Shown: positions 51,729 through 62,170 of the stretch, piece after piece
Numbering within the stretch: the first letter of the stretch is position 1
How the letters are laid out: each line of letters opens with the position of its first letter
NCBI RefSeq assembly: GCF_050320075.1
Contig: NZ_CP190018.1
Length of the DNA: 64,000 nucleotides
Direction: 5' to 3' (one strand)
Origin: Escherichia coli
GTDB lineage: Bacteria; Pseudomonadota; Gammaproteobacteria; Enterobacterales; Enterobacteriaceae
Program-made: the position numbers and the translations under genes
Notes under the pieces: generated by a model
Seen by the model: only the letters and a program-made list of their open reading frames with translations
Database searches by the model: none
Told to the model about the DNA's origin: nothing

Positions 51729-52108
51729 TGCATAAATCAGTAGCCGGTGAGTTTCAGAAGGAAGTCGATAATACCACTGATCTATTGGACGATATTTTAA
51801 GCATTCTCGCGCTGCTTGAGGCTGGCGATTGGTCAGAACATTGCACTAAAACAGAGCTAGGCGGTCGGCTTGAAAGAGAGATTACACGACTGATTAGCGA
51901 TGCCCAAAATGATTTGTCACCTGAGCATCTCCCCTGCGATGTAGTTCTTGTGCCAGGGATGAGGATACACGAAGGCGTCAGAACGAAAACATTATTAACC
52001 GCATTACAGAGGAGAGCCGAACTAAGCTCGCGGATAAAGTTGATGCCATCCAAAATATTTGATGTCGTCAAATTTACGCCATCGCAACATACTGAGAGAG
52101 ATAAATGA
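51725..52108 (+). CDS. Hypothetical early protein (127 aa)
   Basis: ATGA-coupled ORF. Confidence 0.45.
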   Translation: MMHKSVAGEFQKEVDNTTDLLDDILSILALLEAGDWSEHCTKTELGGRLEREITRLISDAQNDLSPEHLPCDVVLVPGMRIHEGVRTKTLLTALQRRAELSSRIKLMPSKIFDVVKFTPSQHTERDK

Positions 52109-52731
52109 GCACGGTAGCGAACGATCTCACAGAAGATATTCTCAATGAAATTATTGCTGGTGCAAATACCTCGCTTGAGCAACTTCTTGCGTTAGCACTG
52201 AGAGCCGAACGTCGAGACAGAAATCGTTTTTATGAGCGATTACCAGGGAAGCGACCAGATAGATCGGATGAAGAAGGTTGCGATATAGACTACATGGAGC
52301 CTTCAGAGATTTATCAACTTGGTAAAGATGACGGCTGGAACGCTTATCACGATGCTGTGATGAAGTTGGATGAAAAAGTTAAACCTCTTTCTCGACCGGT
52401 AGATCACGGTTTCCGCGATAACTGCGAATGCTCTAGTTGCCAGACCACGACCCGTATTTGTTCCGAATTGACAGATAAGTCCAGCCTAATCTACGAAGTT
52501 AATGTAGGCGGTAATACATGGGTCGAATGCACAAGAGCTGCATACGTAAGAGCAAAAGACAAGGGTGAATTAACCAGAGTTGTTACCAATCACCCAAATA
52601 ATGAGCTTAAAGATCACCAGATTCGAGAACTGGTGAACGAGTTGAGAGATATTGCGGTTCAGTACCACGGAACGCAGCAATTGCGGGAGAAGATTGCCAG
52701 AGCAGTGAACAACTCAGTCCGTAAAAAATAA
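52105..52731 (+). CDS. Hypothetical early protein (208 aa) with Cys cluster
   Basis: 'CECSSCQ...C...C' cluster; last gene before hairpin. Confidence 0.45.
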   Translation: MSTVANDLTEDILNEIIAGANTSLEQLLALALRAERRDRNRFYERLPGKRPDRSDEEGCDIDYMEPSEIYQLGKDDGWNAYHDAVMKLDEKVKPLSRPVDHGFRDNCECSSCQTTTRICSELTDKSSLIYEVNVGGNTWVECTRAAYVRAKDKGELTRVVTNHPNNELKDHQIRELVNELRDIAVQYHGTQQLREKIARAVNNSVRKK

Positions 52732-52748
52732 GCAATAGTACGATAAAG

Positions 52749-52773
52749 AGGCCCCATGCTCTTGATGGGGCCT
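52749..52773. terminator. Hairpin (candidate bidirectional terminator)
   Basis: Stem aggcccca/tggggcct with 9-nt loop after 208-aa gene. Confidence 0.4.
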
Positions 52774-53170
52774 GTAGCAACTAGCGTTATGGACGCTGGT
52801 TTACGTACTCAATGATCGCTTTGATAATCGCGAACATCGGCGGCACGATTTTGAACAGTAAGTTAACCATAACAGGCCTCACTTAGTTTTATCGCGCCTA
52901 GCTGCAAATACCTTTGGGCTTGCCTTTGCAGTTGCAATATCTGTAGTCGCCAGATACTTACGGCACGATTTCGAGTTAAGGTAAGGTTTTAGAGTCACCA
53001 AAAACCTGGACTTAAATCTTCTTTGAGAACAACGATGTTTAGTAAATGGTCATTATTACCTGGTATGACCACTCAACGTTTCTTGATGAATCCAGTACAT
53101 TCGGTTAATCTTAATTCAGTCGCCAGATACTTATGGCTCAGGAACAGAGCCGCAAACTCTGTTTCCTTTT

Positions 53171-53201
53171 AAAAAGCCCAGCCTAGTCAACTGGGCTTTT
53201 T
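53171..53201. terminator. Bidirectional rho-independent terminator in intergenic region
   Basis: 'aaaaagcccag-cctagtcaa-ctgggcttttt' hairpin with A-run and T-run. Confidence 0.6.
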
Positions 53202-53496
53202 AATGTCTATTTTTAACCCAATGAACCTTCAATACCGTAACATCAGTGTCTTGCGAATTAAGATAGTGTGTATAGGTTATGCATGCAAGTACATAACTCT
53301 GTGGATAACTCAGGAAGGAAAAAGTAGCTCCCGCGCAATTTAGGCCAGACAAGGCTTTCGCAAAAGTCAACAGAGAGAAAAAATTTGTTAAAAATAACGT
53401 TTGTTGGAATTGTATATATTTATGCCTTTCAATAGTTAGCATCTTATTAACATCTTTTTTAAGAGATAGAGTTCAAAAATATATAGCTTCAACATA

Positions 53497-53516
53497 TACT
53501 GTATGTGTATACAGTA
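53497..53516 (+). promoter_or_regulatory. LexA (SOS) box
   Basis: 'tactgtatgtgtatacagta' = CTGT-N8-ACAG palindrome 17 bp upstream of humD-like start. Confidence 0.75.
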
Positions 53517-53532
53517 TTAAGAGGCGAGTATT

Positions 53533-53922
53533 ATGGGCTTCCCTTCTCCTGCGGCGGATTATGCTGAGAGCCGTATTTCTCTTGATCAGCAGATAATTAG
53601 ACATCCTTCAGCGACCTACTTCATGAGGGCAGCTGATAGTCATCATCGTGAGGGAATATTACAGGGTGCATTGCTGGTGGTCGATTCCTCACTTACCCCG
53701 GTTGATGGTTCTCTGCTTGTATGCGCTCTGGATGGGGAATATCGCGTAAAAAGATACCGGAAGTATCCACGTCAGCATCTGGAGGATTTAAGAACCGGTA
53801 AGAAGGAAGCATTGCCAAAGGATGACGATGGATGCACGGGCAGCAATGCCGTGTTTGGTGTGATCACTCACATTATCAACGACGCAAGAAGTGGCGAGTT
53901 TGATGATTGTCCCGTGATGTAG
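53533..53922 (+). CDS. humD: UmuD'-like protein (HumD-type; begins at the UmuD cleavage site)
   Basis: 'MGFPSPAADYAESRISLDQQIIRHPSATYF' aligns with UmuD from Gly25; conserved Ser/Lys positions; LexA box upstream. Confidence 0.65.
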   Translation: MGFPSPAADYAESRISLDQQIIRHPSATYFMRAADSHHREGILQGALLVVDSSLTPVDGSLLVCALDGEYRVKRYRKYPRQHLEDLRTGKKEALPKDDDGCTGSNAVFGVITHIINDARSGEFDDCPVM

Positions 53923-54227
53923 GAGAACTGATTAGGCGGTGCAATGCACCGCCTTTTTATCACACTGCGCGGAATGCGATTTCGCCAGGTATTACTTCAC
54001 CTTGCCAATACATTTGGACAGCAGACTTTCGGCGATGCGTTGCACTTGTTGAGCAGATTCCAGAAATCAGAGATTCATTCGACAAGGTTGCAAAGCGCGT
54101 TCCGGCATTCAAAGGAATCCTCAACGAATGGGATTCCCTCGTTGATCTGTTGAAGTCTGAAATGAAGATACACGGAAACAAAGCACCAGAGACTTACAGA
54201 AGAATTAGCGAGTTACGCAAGGACTAA
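53907..54227 (+). pseudogene. Possible umuC-like (Y-family polymerase) N-terminal remnant
   Basis: Overlaps humD stop as umuC does; weak matches 'CNAPPFY' and 'DFRRCVALV' to UmuC N-terminus; only 106 codons. Confidence 0.3.
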
Positions 54228-54317
54228 CCACAGCCTCATACTCGATGAGGCCTGTTCATTGCTCAATGATATCCAGACCTACCGCAATAATACCAATCCA
54301 ATAAATGGAGATTCCAG

Positions 54318-54665
54318 GTGGAAGAAGAAATCTTCACTCGTGAAGAGGCAGCGTCGTATCTGAAGGTAGACAAAGGCACTATCACGCAGTGGATACGAAG
54401 TGGACGACTTCAGGCCGCAAAGATAAATCCAGATAAACCTAAAAGCCCATATCGCATTTGCAAGTCAGACTGCATTGCGGCGCTTAAGTCTGTGAGACAC
54501 AATAGCGCGGTGAATGCGGTTGATGTGCAGGAGGTTAAAGCATGTCAATCAAACTACGCGGTGGCACGTGGCACTGCGATTTCGTCGCGCCAGATGGATC
54601 AAGAGTTAGACGCTCTCTTGAAACATCGGACAAAAGGCAAGCGCAAGAACTTCACGATCGTCTGA
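54318..54665 (+). CDS. xis: Excisionase (Xis)
   Basis: HTH 'FTREEAASYLKVDKGTITQWIRSGRL' typical of excisionases; upstream of and overlapping int; true 3' end uncertain. Confidence 0.55.
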   Translation: MEEEIFTREEAASYLKVDKGTITQWIRSGRLQAAKINPDKPKSPYRICKSDCIAALKSVRHNSAVNAVDVQEVKACQSNYAVARGTAISSRQMDQELDALLKHRTKGKRKNFTIV

Positions 54666-55702
54666 AAGCAGAAGCGTGGAGAGTAAAAAATCTCGGGGAA
54701 TCACCGAAAAAGCTATTCAAGGAAGCCTGCATACGGTGGCTGCGTGAGAAATCGGATAAGAAGTCCATTGATGATGACAAGAGCATTATATCGTTCTGGA
54801 TGTTGCACTTCAGAGAAGCCATTCTCTCTGACATAACAACAGAAAAAATAATGGAGGCGGTAGATGGGATGGAAAACCGCCGCCATCGCCTGAACTGGGA
54901 GATGAGCCGGGACAGGTGTTTGCGACTTGGCAATCCGGTGCCGGAGTATAAACCAAAGCTTGCAAGCAAAGGAACGAAGACGAGGCATCTGGCAATACTT
55001 CGCGCCATTCTCAATATGGCTGTTGAATGGGGATGGCTTGACAGGGCACCCAAAATATCAACACCACGCGTTAAGAATGGACGCATCAGATGGCTTACAG
55101 AGGAGGAATCGAAGCGCCTGTTTGCAGAAATTGCTCCTCACTTCTTCCCTGTGGTCATGTTTGCAATCACGACAGGCCTTCGCCGTTCCAACGTTACAGA
55201 CCTTGAGTGGTCACAGGTCGATCTGGATAAGAAAATGGCATGGATACACCCTGATGAAACAAAAGCTGGCAATGCGATCGGAGTTCCTCTTAACGAAACC
55301 GCATGCCAGATATTAAGAAAACAGCAGGGGCTCCATAAGAGATGGGTATTTGTCCACACCAAACCTGCCTACCGAAGCGACGGAACAAAAACAGCAGCGG
55401 TAAGGAAGATGAGAACCGACAGCAACAAGGCATGGAAGGGAGCGTTAAAGCGGGCAGGCATTAGTAACTTCCGCTTCCATGATCTGAGGCATACCTGGGC
55501 AAGCTGGCTGGTTCAGTCCGGTGTCTCTCTTCTTGCACTTAAAGAGATGGGAGGATGGGAAACTCTCGAAATGGTTCAAAGATACGCCCACCTTTCAGCC
55601 GGGCATCTCACCGAGCACGCAAGCAAAATCGATGCGATTATAAGTCGCAATGGCACAAATACGGCACAAGAGGAGAACGTGGTGTATTTAAATATGGGGT
55701 AA
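54542..55702 (+). CDS. int: Lambdoid tyrosine integrase
   Basis: 386 aa; catalytic 'HDLRHT' and 'RYAHL' motifs; stop 14 bp from att core. Confidence 0.85.
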   Translation: MSIKLRGGTWHCDFVAPDGSRVRRSLETSDKRQAQELHDRLKAEAWRVKNLGESPKKLFKEACIRWLREKSDKKSIDDDKSIISFWMLHFREAILSDITTEKIMEAVDGMENRRHRLNWEMSRDRCLRLGNPVPEYKPKLASKGTKTRHLAILRAILNMAVEWGWLDRAPKISTPRVKNGRIRWLTEEESKRLFAEIAPHFFPVVMFAITTGLRRSNVTDLEWSQVDLDKKMAWIHPDETKAGNAIGVPLNETACQILRKQQGLHKRWVFVHTKPAYRSDGTKTAAVRKMRTDSNKAWKGALKRAGISNFRFHDLRHTWASWLVQSGVSLLALKEMGGWETLEMVQRYAHLSAGHLTEHASKIDAIISRNGTNTAQEENVVYLNMG

Positions 55703-55715
55703 CTACTTGATTTAA

Positions 55716-55762
55716 ATGGTGCCGATAATAGGAGTCGAACCTACGACCTTCGCATTACGAAT
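55716..55762. repeat. attL core: 47-bp identical to 16849-16895 (within tRNA-Thr 3' half)
   Basis: Exact 47-bp direct repeat. Confidence 0.85.
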
Positions 55763-55792
55763 GCGCTGCTCTACCAACTGAGCTATATCGGC
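55717..55792 (-). tRNA. thrW: tRNA-Thr
   Basis: Reverse complement reads 'GCCGATATAGCTCAGTTGGTAGAGCAGCGCATTCGTAATGCGAAGGTCGTAGGTTCGACTCCTATTATCGGCACCA' with CGT anticodon context. Confidence 0.85.
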
Positions 55793-55906
55793 CCTGAAAG
55801 GACATGTTCACGAACGTGAATCACGGTGGACAAGGTTAAAACTAACCGGGCGATGCGTCAATGGCCTTGTGAATCAAATGGCTACTTTTGCATCACCCGG
55901 TTTTAT

Positions 55907-57160
55907 TTACGCACGAATGGTGTAATCACCAATGCCGATCCACTTGTAAGTGGTCAGTGCTTCCAGCCCCATTGGGCCACGCGCGTGGAGTTTTTGTGTG
56001 CTTACCGCCACTTCCGCACCCAGACCAAACTGGCCGCCATCGGTAAAACGCGTAGAGGCGTTAACGTAAACAGCGGACGAATCCACTTCGTTAACAAAAC
56101 GCTGGGCGTTGCGCATATCGCGGGTCAGGATCGCATCGGAGTGTTGTGTGCCGTGTTCACGAATATGGGCGATGGCATCGTCAAGATCGCTGACGATTTT
56201 AACGTTCAAATCTAATGACAGAAACTCATCGTCATACTCTTCGGCTTTAACAGCCACCACCTTCGCGGGGCCTGCCTGCAACTGCGCCAGCGCAGCTACA
56301 TCTGCGTGTAATGCCACGCTGCTTTCCGCCATTTGCTTGCTTAATGCGGGCAGGAAGCTATCGGCGATGTTTTTATTTACCAGCAACGTTTCTACCGTAT
56401 TACATGTGCTCGGACGCTGAGTTTTTGCGTTGACGATTACTTTCAGGGCTTCAGCGATCTCTGCACTTTCATCAACGTAAATATGGCATACGCCTATACC
56501 GCCTGTGATCACCGGGATTGTCGACTGTTCGCGGCACAGCTTATGCAGGCCAGCGCCTCCACGCGGGATCAGCATGTCGATGTATTTATCCATACGCAGC
56601 ATTTCACTGACCAGCGCACGGTCAGGATTATCAATCGCCTGCACGGCACCCGCCGGTAAGCCGCAGGATTTCAGGGCGTCCTGAATCACCGCTACCGTTG
56701 CAGCGTTAGTGCGACAGGTTTCTTTGCCACCACGCAGGATCACCGCGTTACCGGTTTTCAGGCACAGCGAAGCGACATCAACCGTCACGTTCGGGCGCGC
56801 TTCATAAATCACGCCAATAACCCCCAGCGGTACGCGACGACGCTCAAGACGCAGGCCGCTGTCCAGTACGCCGCCATCGATTACCTGCCCCACCGGATCG
56901 GCGAGATTACACACCTGACGCACATCGTCGGCGATGCCTTTCAGCCGTGCGGGCGTCAGTGCCAGACGGTCAAGCATCGCTTCGCTAAGGCCATTGGCAC
57001 GCGCGTCAGCAACATCCTGGGCGTTAGCGTTGAGGATGATTTCGCTTTGTGCTTCCAGTTCATCGGCGATTTTTTCCAGCACGCGATTTTTTTCGCGGCT
57101 GGAGAGTTGCGCTAATTTATACGAGGCTTGCTTCGCGGCAATGCCCATTTGTTCCAGCAT
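55907..57160 (-). CDS. proA: Gamma-glutamyl phosphate reductase
   Basis: 417 aa, recognised as ProA by sequence. Confidence 0.95.
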   Translation of the reverse strand: MLEQMGIAAKQASYKLAQLSSREKNRVLEKIADELEAQSEIILNANAQDVADARANGLSEAMLDRLALTPARLKGIADDVRQVCNLADPVGQVIDGGVLDSGLRLERRRVPLGVIGVIYEARPNVTVDVASLCLKTGNAVILRGGKETCRTNAATVAVIQDALKSCGLPAGAVQAIDNPDRALVSEMLRMDKYIDMLIPRGGAGLHKLCREQSTIPVITGGIGVCHIYVDESAEIAEALKVIVNAKTQRPSTCNTVETLLVNKNIADSFLPALSKQMAESSVALHADVAALAQLQAGPAKVVAVKAEEYDDEFLSLDLNVKIVSDLDDAIAHIREHGTQHSDAILTRDMRNAQRFVNEVDSSAVYVNASTRFTDGGQFGLGAEVAVSTQKLHARGPMGLEALTTYKWIGIGDYTIRA

Positions 57161-57171
57161 CAGCCTGCTCC

Positions 57172-58275
57172 TTAACGGGTAATCATGTCATCACGGTGAA
57201 CGGCAACCGGGCCATATTCATATCCCAGTATTGCATCAATTTCTTGCGAGTGGTGTCCGGCAATGCGGCGTAATGCATCGCTGTTGTAACGACTGACGCC
57301 GTGAGCGATATCGCGACCTTCGAGGTTGCAAATGCGGATGACTTCACCACGCGAGAAATTGCCAGTCACGCTTTTAATGCCTTTCGGCAACAGGGAACTG
57401 CCGCGTTCAAGAATGGCGGCAGTTGCCCCTTCATCTACCGTGATTTCACCCGCCGGCGGCGCACCGAAAATCCAGCGTTTACGGTTTTCAAGCGGAGTCG
57501 CCTGGGCATGGAACAGCGTACCGACGGAAATGCCTTCCATCACATCACCAATAACGCCCGGCTTGCTGCCCGCGGCAATAATGGTGTCGATACCCGCACG
57601 GCAAGCCACGTCCGCGGCCTGCAATTTGGTACTCATGCCGCCAGTTCCGAGGCCTGAAACGCTGTCACCGGCAATCGCGCGCAGTGCGTCATCAATGCCG
57701 TAAACATCTTTAATCAGTTCTGCCTGCGGATTGCTGCGCGGGTCAGCGGTATACAAACCTTTTTGATCGGTCAGCAGCAACAGTTTATCGGCACCCGCCA
57801 GAATCGCCGCCAGCGCAGAAAGGTTATCGTTATCGCCGACCTTAATCTCTGCCGTAGCGACAGCATCGTTCTCATTGATTACCGGAACGATATTGTTATC
57901 GAGCAACGCACGCAGGGTGTCGCGGGCGTTCAGGAAGCGTTCACGGTCTTCCATATCAGCACGAGTCAGCAGCATTTGCCCGACGTGAATGCCATAAATC
58001 GAAAACAGCTGTTCCCACAGTTGAATCAGTCGACTCTGCCCTACCGCCGCCAGCAGTTGTTTCGAGGCGATAGTCGCTGGCAGTTCCGGGTAACCCAGGT
58101 GCTCACGTCCGGCGGCGATCGCGCCCGACGTCACAATAACAATCCGATGCCCGGCGGCATGTAACTGCGCGCACTGGCGAACAAGTTCAACGATATGGGC
58201 ACGGTTCAGGCGGCGCGATCCGCCTGTTAGCACACTGGTGCCGAGTTTTACCACCAGCGTCTGGCTGTCACTCAT
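57172..58275 (-). CDS. proB: Glutamate 5-kinase
   Basis: 367 aa from '[19 protein letters not shown]'; proBA operon arrangement. Confidence 0.95.
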
Positions 58276-58562
58276 GATTCTCTGCCATTCAATTTTAGGA
58301 AAAATGATATCAAACGAACGTTTTAGCAGGACTGTCGTCGGTTGCCAACCATCTGCGAGCAAAGCATGGCGTTTTGTTGCGCGGGATCAGCAAGCGTAGC
58401 GGCAGTTGTTTACGCTTTTATTACAGATTTAATAAATTACCACATTTTAAGAATATTATTAATCTGTAATATATCTTTAACAATCTCAGGTTAAAAACTT
58501 TCCTGTTTTCAACGGGACTCTCCCGCTGAATATTCGCGCGTTAATTAAAATCAGGAATGAAA

Positions 58563-59618
58563 ATGAAAAAGAGCACTCTGGCATTAGTGGTGATGGGCAT
58601 TGTGGCATCTGCATCCGTACAGGCCGCAGAAATATATAACAAAGACGGTAATAAACTGGATGTCTATGGCAAAGTTAAAGCCATGCATTATATGAGTGAT
58701 AACGACAGTAAAGATGGCGACCAGAGTTATATCCGTTTTGGTTTTAAAGGCGAAACACAAATTAACGATCAACTGACGGGTTATGGTCGTTGGGAAGCAG
58801 AGTTTGCCGGTAATAAAGCGGAGAGTGATACTGCACAGCAAAAAACGCGTCTCGCTTTTGCCGGGTTGAAATATAAAGATTTGGGTTCTTTCGATTATGG
58901 TCGTAACCTGGGCGCGCTGTATGACGTGGAAGCCTGGACCGATATGTTCCCGGAATTTGGTGGCGACTCCTCGGCGCAGACCGACAACTTTATGACCAAA
59001 CGCGCCAGCGGTCTGGCGACGTATCGGAACACCGACTTCTTCGGCGTTATCGATGGCCTGAACTTAACCCTGCAATATCAAGGGAAAAACGAAAACCGCG
59101 ACGTTAAAAAGCAAAACGGCGATGGCTTCGGTACGTCATTGACATATGACTTTGGTGGCAGCGATTTCGCCATCAGTGGGGCCTATACCAACTCCGATCG
59201 CACTAACGAGCAGAACCTGCAAAGCCGTGGCACAGGCAAGCGTGCAGAAGCATGGGCAACAGGTCTGAAATACGATGCCAATAATATTTATCTGGCAACT
59301 TTCTATTCTGAAACACGCAAAATGACGCCAATAACTGGCGGCTTTGCCAATAAGACACAGAACTTTGAAGCGGTCGCCCAATACCAGTTTGACTTTGGTC
59401 TGCGTCCGTCGCTGGGTTATGTCTTATCGAAAGGGAAAGATATTGAAGGCATCGGTGATGAAGATCTGGTCAATTATATCGACGTCGGTGCTACATATTA
59501 TTTCAACAAAAATATGTCAGCGTTTGTTGATTATAAAATCAACCAACTGGATAGCGATAATAAGCTGAACATCAATAATGATGATATTGTCGCGGTTGGC
59601 ATGACCTATCAGTTTTAA
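58563..59618 (+). CDS. phoE: Outer membrane phosphoporin PhoE
   Basis: '[38 protein letters not shown]...' PhoE signal peptide and beta-barrel, C-terminal 'YQF'. Confidence 0.95.
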   Translation: MKKSTLALVVMGIVASASVQAAEIYNKDGNKLDVYGKVKAMHYMSDNDSKDGDQSYIRFGFKGETQINDQLTGYGRWEAEFAGNKAESDTAQQKTRLAFAGLKYKDLGSFDYGRNLGALYDVEAWTDMFPEFGGDSSAQTDNFMTKRASGLATYRNTDFFGVIDGLNLTLQYQGKNENRDVKKQNGDGFGTSLTYDFGGSDFAISGAYTNSDRTNEQNLQSRGTGKRAEAWATGLKYDANNIYLATFYSETRKMTPITGGFANKTQNFEAVAQYQFDFGLRPSLGYVLSKGKDIEGIGDEDLVNYIDVGATYYFNKNMSAFVDYKINQLDSDNKLNINNDDIVAVGMTYQF

Positions 59619-59625
59619 TGGATAT

Positions 59626-59647
59626 TGCCGGATGTGATGCATCCGGC
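59626..59647. terminator. Hairpin between convergent phoE and crl
   Basis: 'tgccggatg-tgatg-catccggca' stem-loop. Confidence 0.4.
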
Positions 59648-59656
59648 ACATTTCAC

Positions 59657-60115
<459 letters not shown>

Positions 60116-61360
60116 TTAACACAATCGTTTTTCAATCCAGTCTGTTATTTCCTGAAGACCTTTGTCAAAATTCCGATACACCGGGTTAAATGGGATCTCT
60201 AACAATTTACCGTCAGCAGATGATGAGGTGATTAAGCGTGAGTCCTCTTCCGGGCTGAACGGATCGTTCTTCCAGTAGCCTGATAACATTGGCGTTGGGC
60301 AGCGACGTCCCAGCAATCCTTGCACTTTTAATGAATAGCGATTCAGCTCCACGCGCAACGCTTCGTCGGAAGCATCATGCATCCCCAAACGGCTCGCCAG
60401 AACGTCAAGATACATTTCCGGCACCTGTTGCTGGCACTTAAAATCACTCAACAGGGTATGAACTACCGGACCAAGACAGGCAACCGCTTTCAGACGCGGC
60501 GATTCAAGGTATGCCAGACGCACGGCAACGTTAGCGCCGAAACGGAAACCAAAGGCCGCGACGCGAGTGTGATCTACCCACGGTACGTTAGGCAGCGCCT
60601 TTAAGACGTGCTGATGCAACAGGCTGGAGTCCTGGGTGAGCTTCCATTTTGAAGAAAAGCCCACCGACGGCATATCAATAGTCAGCATCGCAATGCCGCG
60701 CGGCGCAAAATAACGTTCATACAGGCTGTAATAGTCCGTCTGCATCGCATCCAGACCACCACACATTAATACTGTCGGGAACGGGCCATCGCCTTTCGGC
60801 ATATGCAAAAAGCCGGTGATGGGCGCACCGCCGGGTACGGTAAACTCCATCTGCCGCATGGTGCCCGGCAGACGCTGAGCGGCCTCTTCATAGGCGCGGT
60901 TTGACAAAGCCTGCGCTTGCTCGGCCAGGTCATCTCCTTTCAGATGAGGATAGGCGGCAATGTTGTACAACGTAGCCGCATGCAGCCAGTGACGACCACT
61001 GAGTTGCGGATCTTCTTCCGCACAGGCTTTTTGTTGCCACACCATCGCCTGGGTGGCCCACTCATAAATCCAGTTGCCACCACGGTAGCCAATCACCGTA
61101 TCGTATAAATCATCGTCGGTACGTTCGGCATCGCTCATCACAATACGTGCCTGGACGTCGAGGATTTCACGTGGGTCAATGCCGCGCCAGATCCACATCA
61201 GACGGTTAATCATGCGATACCAGTGAGGGATGGTTTTACCATCAAGGGCCGACTGCACAGGCGGTTGTGCGCCGTGATTAAAGCGGCGGACTAGCGTCGA
61301 GGTTTCAGGATGTTTAAAGCGGGGTTTGAACAGGGTTTCGCTCAGGTTTGCCTGTGTCAT
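60116..61360 (-). CDS. frsA: Esterase FrsA
   Basis: 414-aa alpha/beta hydrolase recognised as FrsA; conserved synteny. Confidence 0.9.
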
Positions 61361-61451
61361 GGATGCAGCCTCCAGAATACTTACTGGAAACTATTGTAAC
61401 CCGCCTGAAGTTAAAAAGAACAACGCCCGGCAGTGCCAGGCGTTGAAAAGA

Positions 61452-61910
61452 TTAGCGACCGGAGATTGGCGGGACGAATACGACGCCCATATCCCACGGT
61501 TGTTCGATCCAGGTATCTTGCGGGATATCAACAACATAGTCATCAACCAGCGGACGACCAGCCGGTTTTGCGAAGATGGTGACAAAGTGCGCTTTTGGAT
61601 ACATTTCACGAATCGCAACCGCAGTGCCACCGGTATCCACCAGGTCATCAATAACGATGAAGCCTTCGCCATCGCCTTCTGCGCGTTTCAGCACTTTAAG
61701 CTCGCGCTGGTTGTCGTGATCGTAGCTGGAAATACAAACGGTATCGACATGACGAATACCCAGTTCACGCGCCAGTAACGCACCCGGTACCAGACCGCCA
61801 CGGCTTACGGCAATAATGCCTTTCCATTGTTCAGAAGGCATCAGTCGGCTTGCGAGTTTACGTGCATGGATCTGCAACATGTCCCAGGTGACGATGTATT
61901 TTTCGCTCAT
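61452..61910 (-). CDS. gpt: Xanthine-guanine phosphoribosyltransferase
   Basis: 152 aa '[23 protein letters not shown]...' recognised as Gpt. Confidence 0.95.
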
Positions 61911-62170
61911 GTGAAGTGTCCCAGCCTGTTTATCTACGGCTTAAAAAGTGTTCGAGGGGAAAATAGGTTGCGCGAGATTATAGAGATCTGGCGCACTAAA
62001 AACCAGTATTTCACATGAGTCCGCGTCTTTTTACGCACTGCCTCTCCCTGACGCGGGATAAAGTGGTATTCTCAAACATATCTCGCAAGCCTGTCTTGTG
62101 TTGACAACATTTTCTGCTAACCCTGTGACCTGCAATACTGTTTTGCGGGTGATCGACAAGGAGACTTAAC

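Larger units (their letters stand above)
16896..55715. mobile_element. Mosaic lambdoid prophage (lambda-like control/lysis modules + P22/Sf6-like virion module), ~38.8 kb
   Basis: Bounded by 47-bp direct repeats; gene order int-xis-early left-N-cI-cro-cII-O-primase/helicase-nin-Q-SRRz-terminase-portal-coat-ejection-tailspike-oac. Confidence 0.85.

Noticed and set aside
52944-53137. Direct repeats bracketing ~160 bp, considered as a retron msr/msd locus
   Set aside because: No reverse transcriptase nearby (the only RT is >47 kb away and of the UG/nitrilase type) and the repeats are direct rather than the inverted a1/a2 of retrons.
53200-53442. 80-aa minus-strand ORF in the AT-rich spacer upstream of humD
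   Set aside because: No ribosome-binding site and low-complexity AT-driven codons; the region is treated as non-coding, though a non-coding transcript is possible.
54652-55362. Antisense ORFs (144, 91, 74 aa) inside the integrase gene and similar ORFs inside pepD (62801-63580), proB, proA and frsA
   Set aside because: Embedded opposite-strand frames within strongly supported genes; typical of GC-rich coding DNA.
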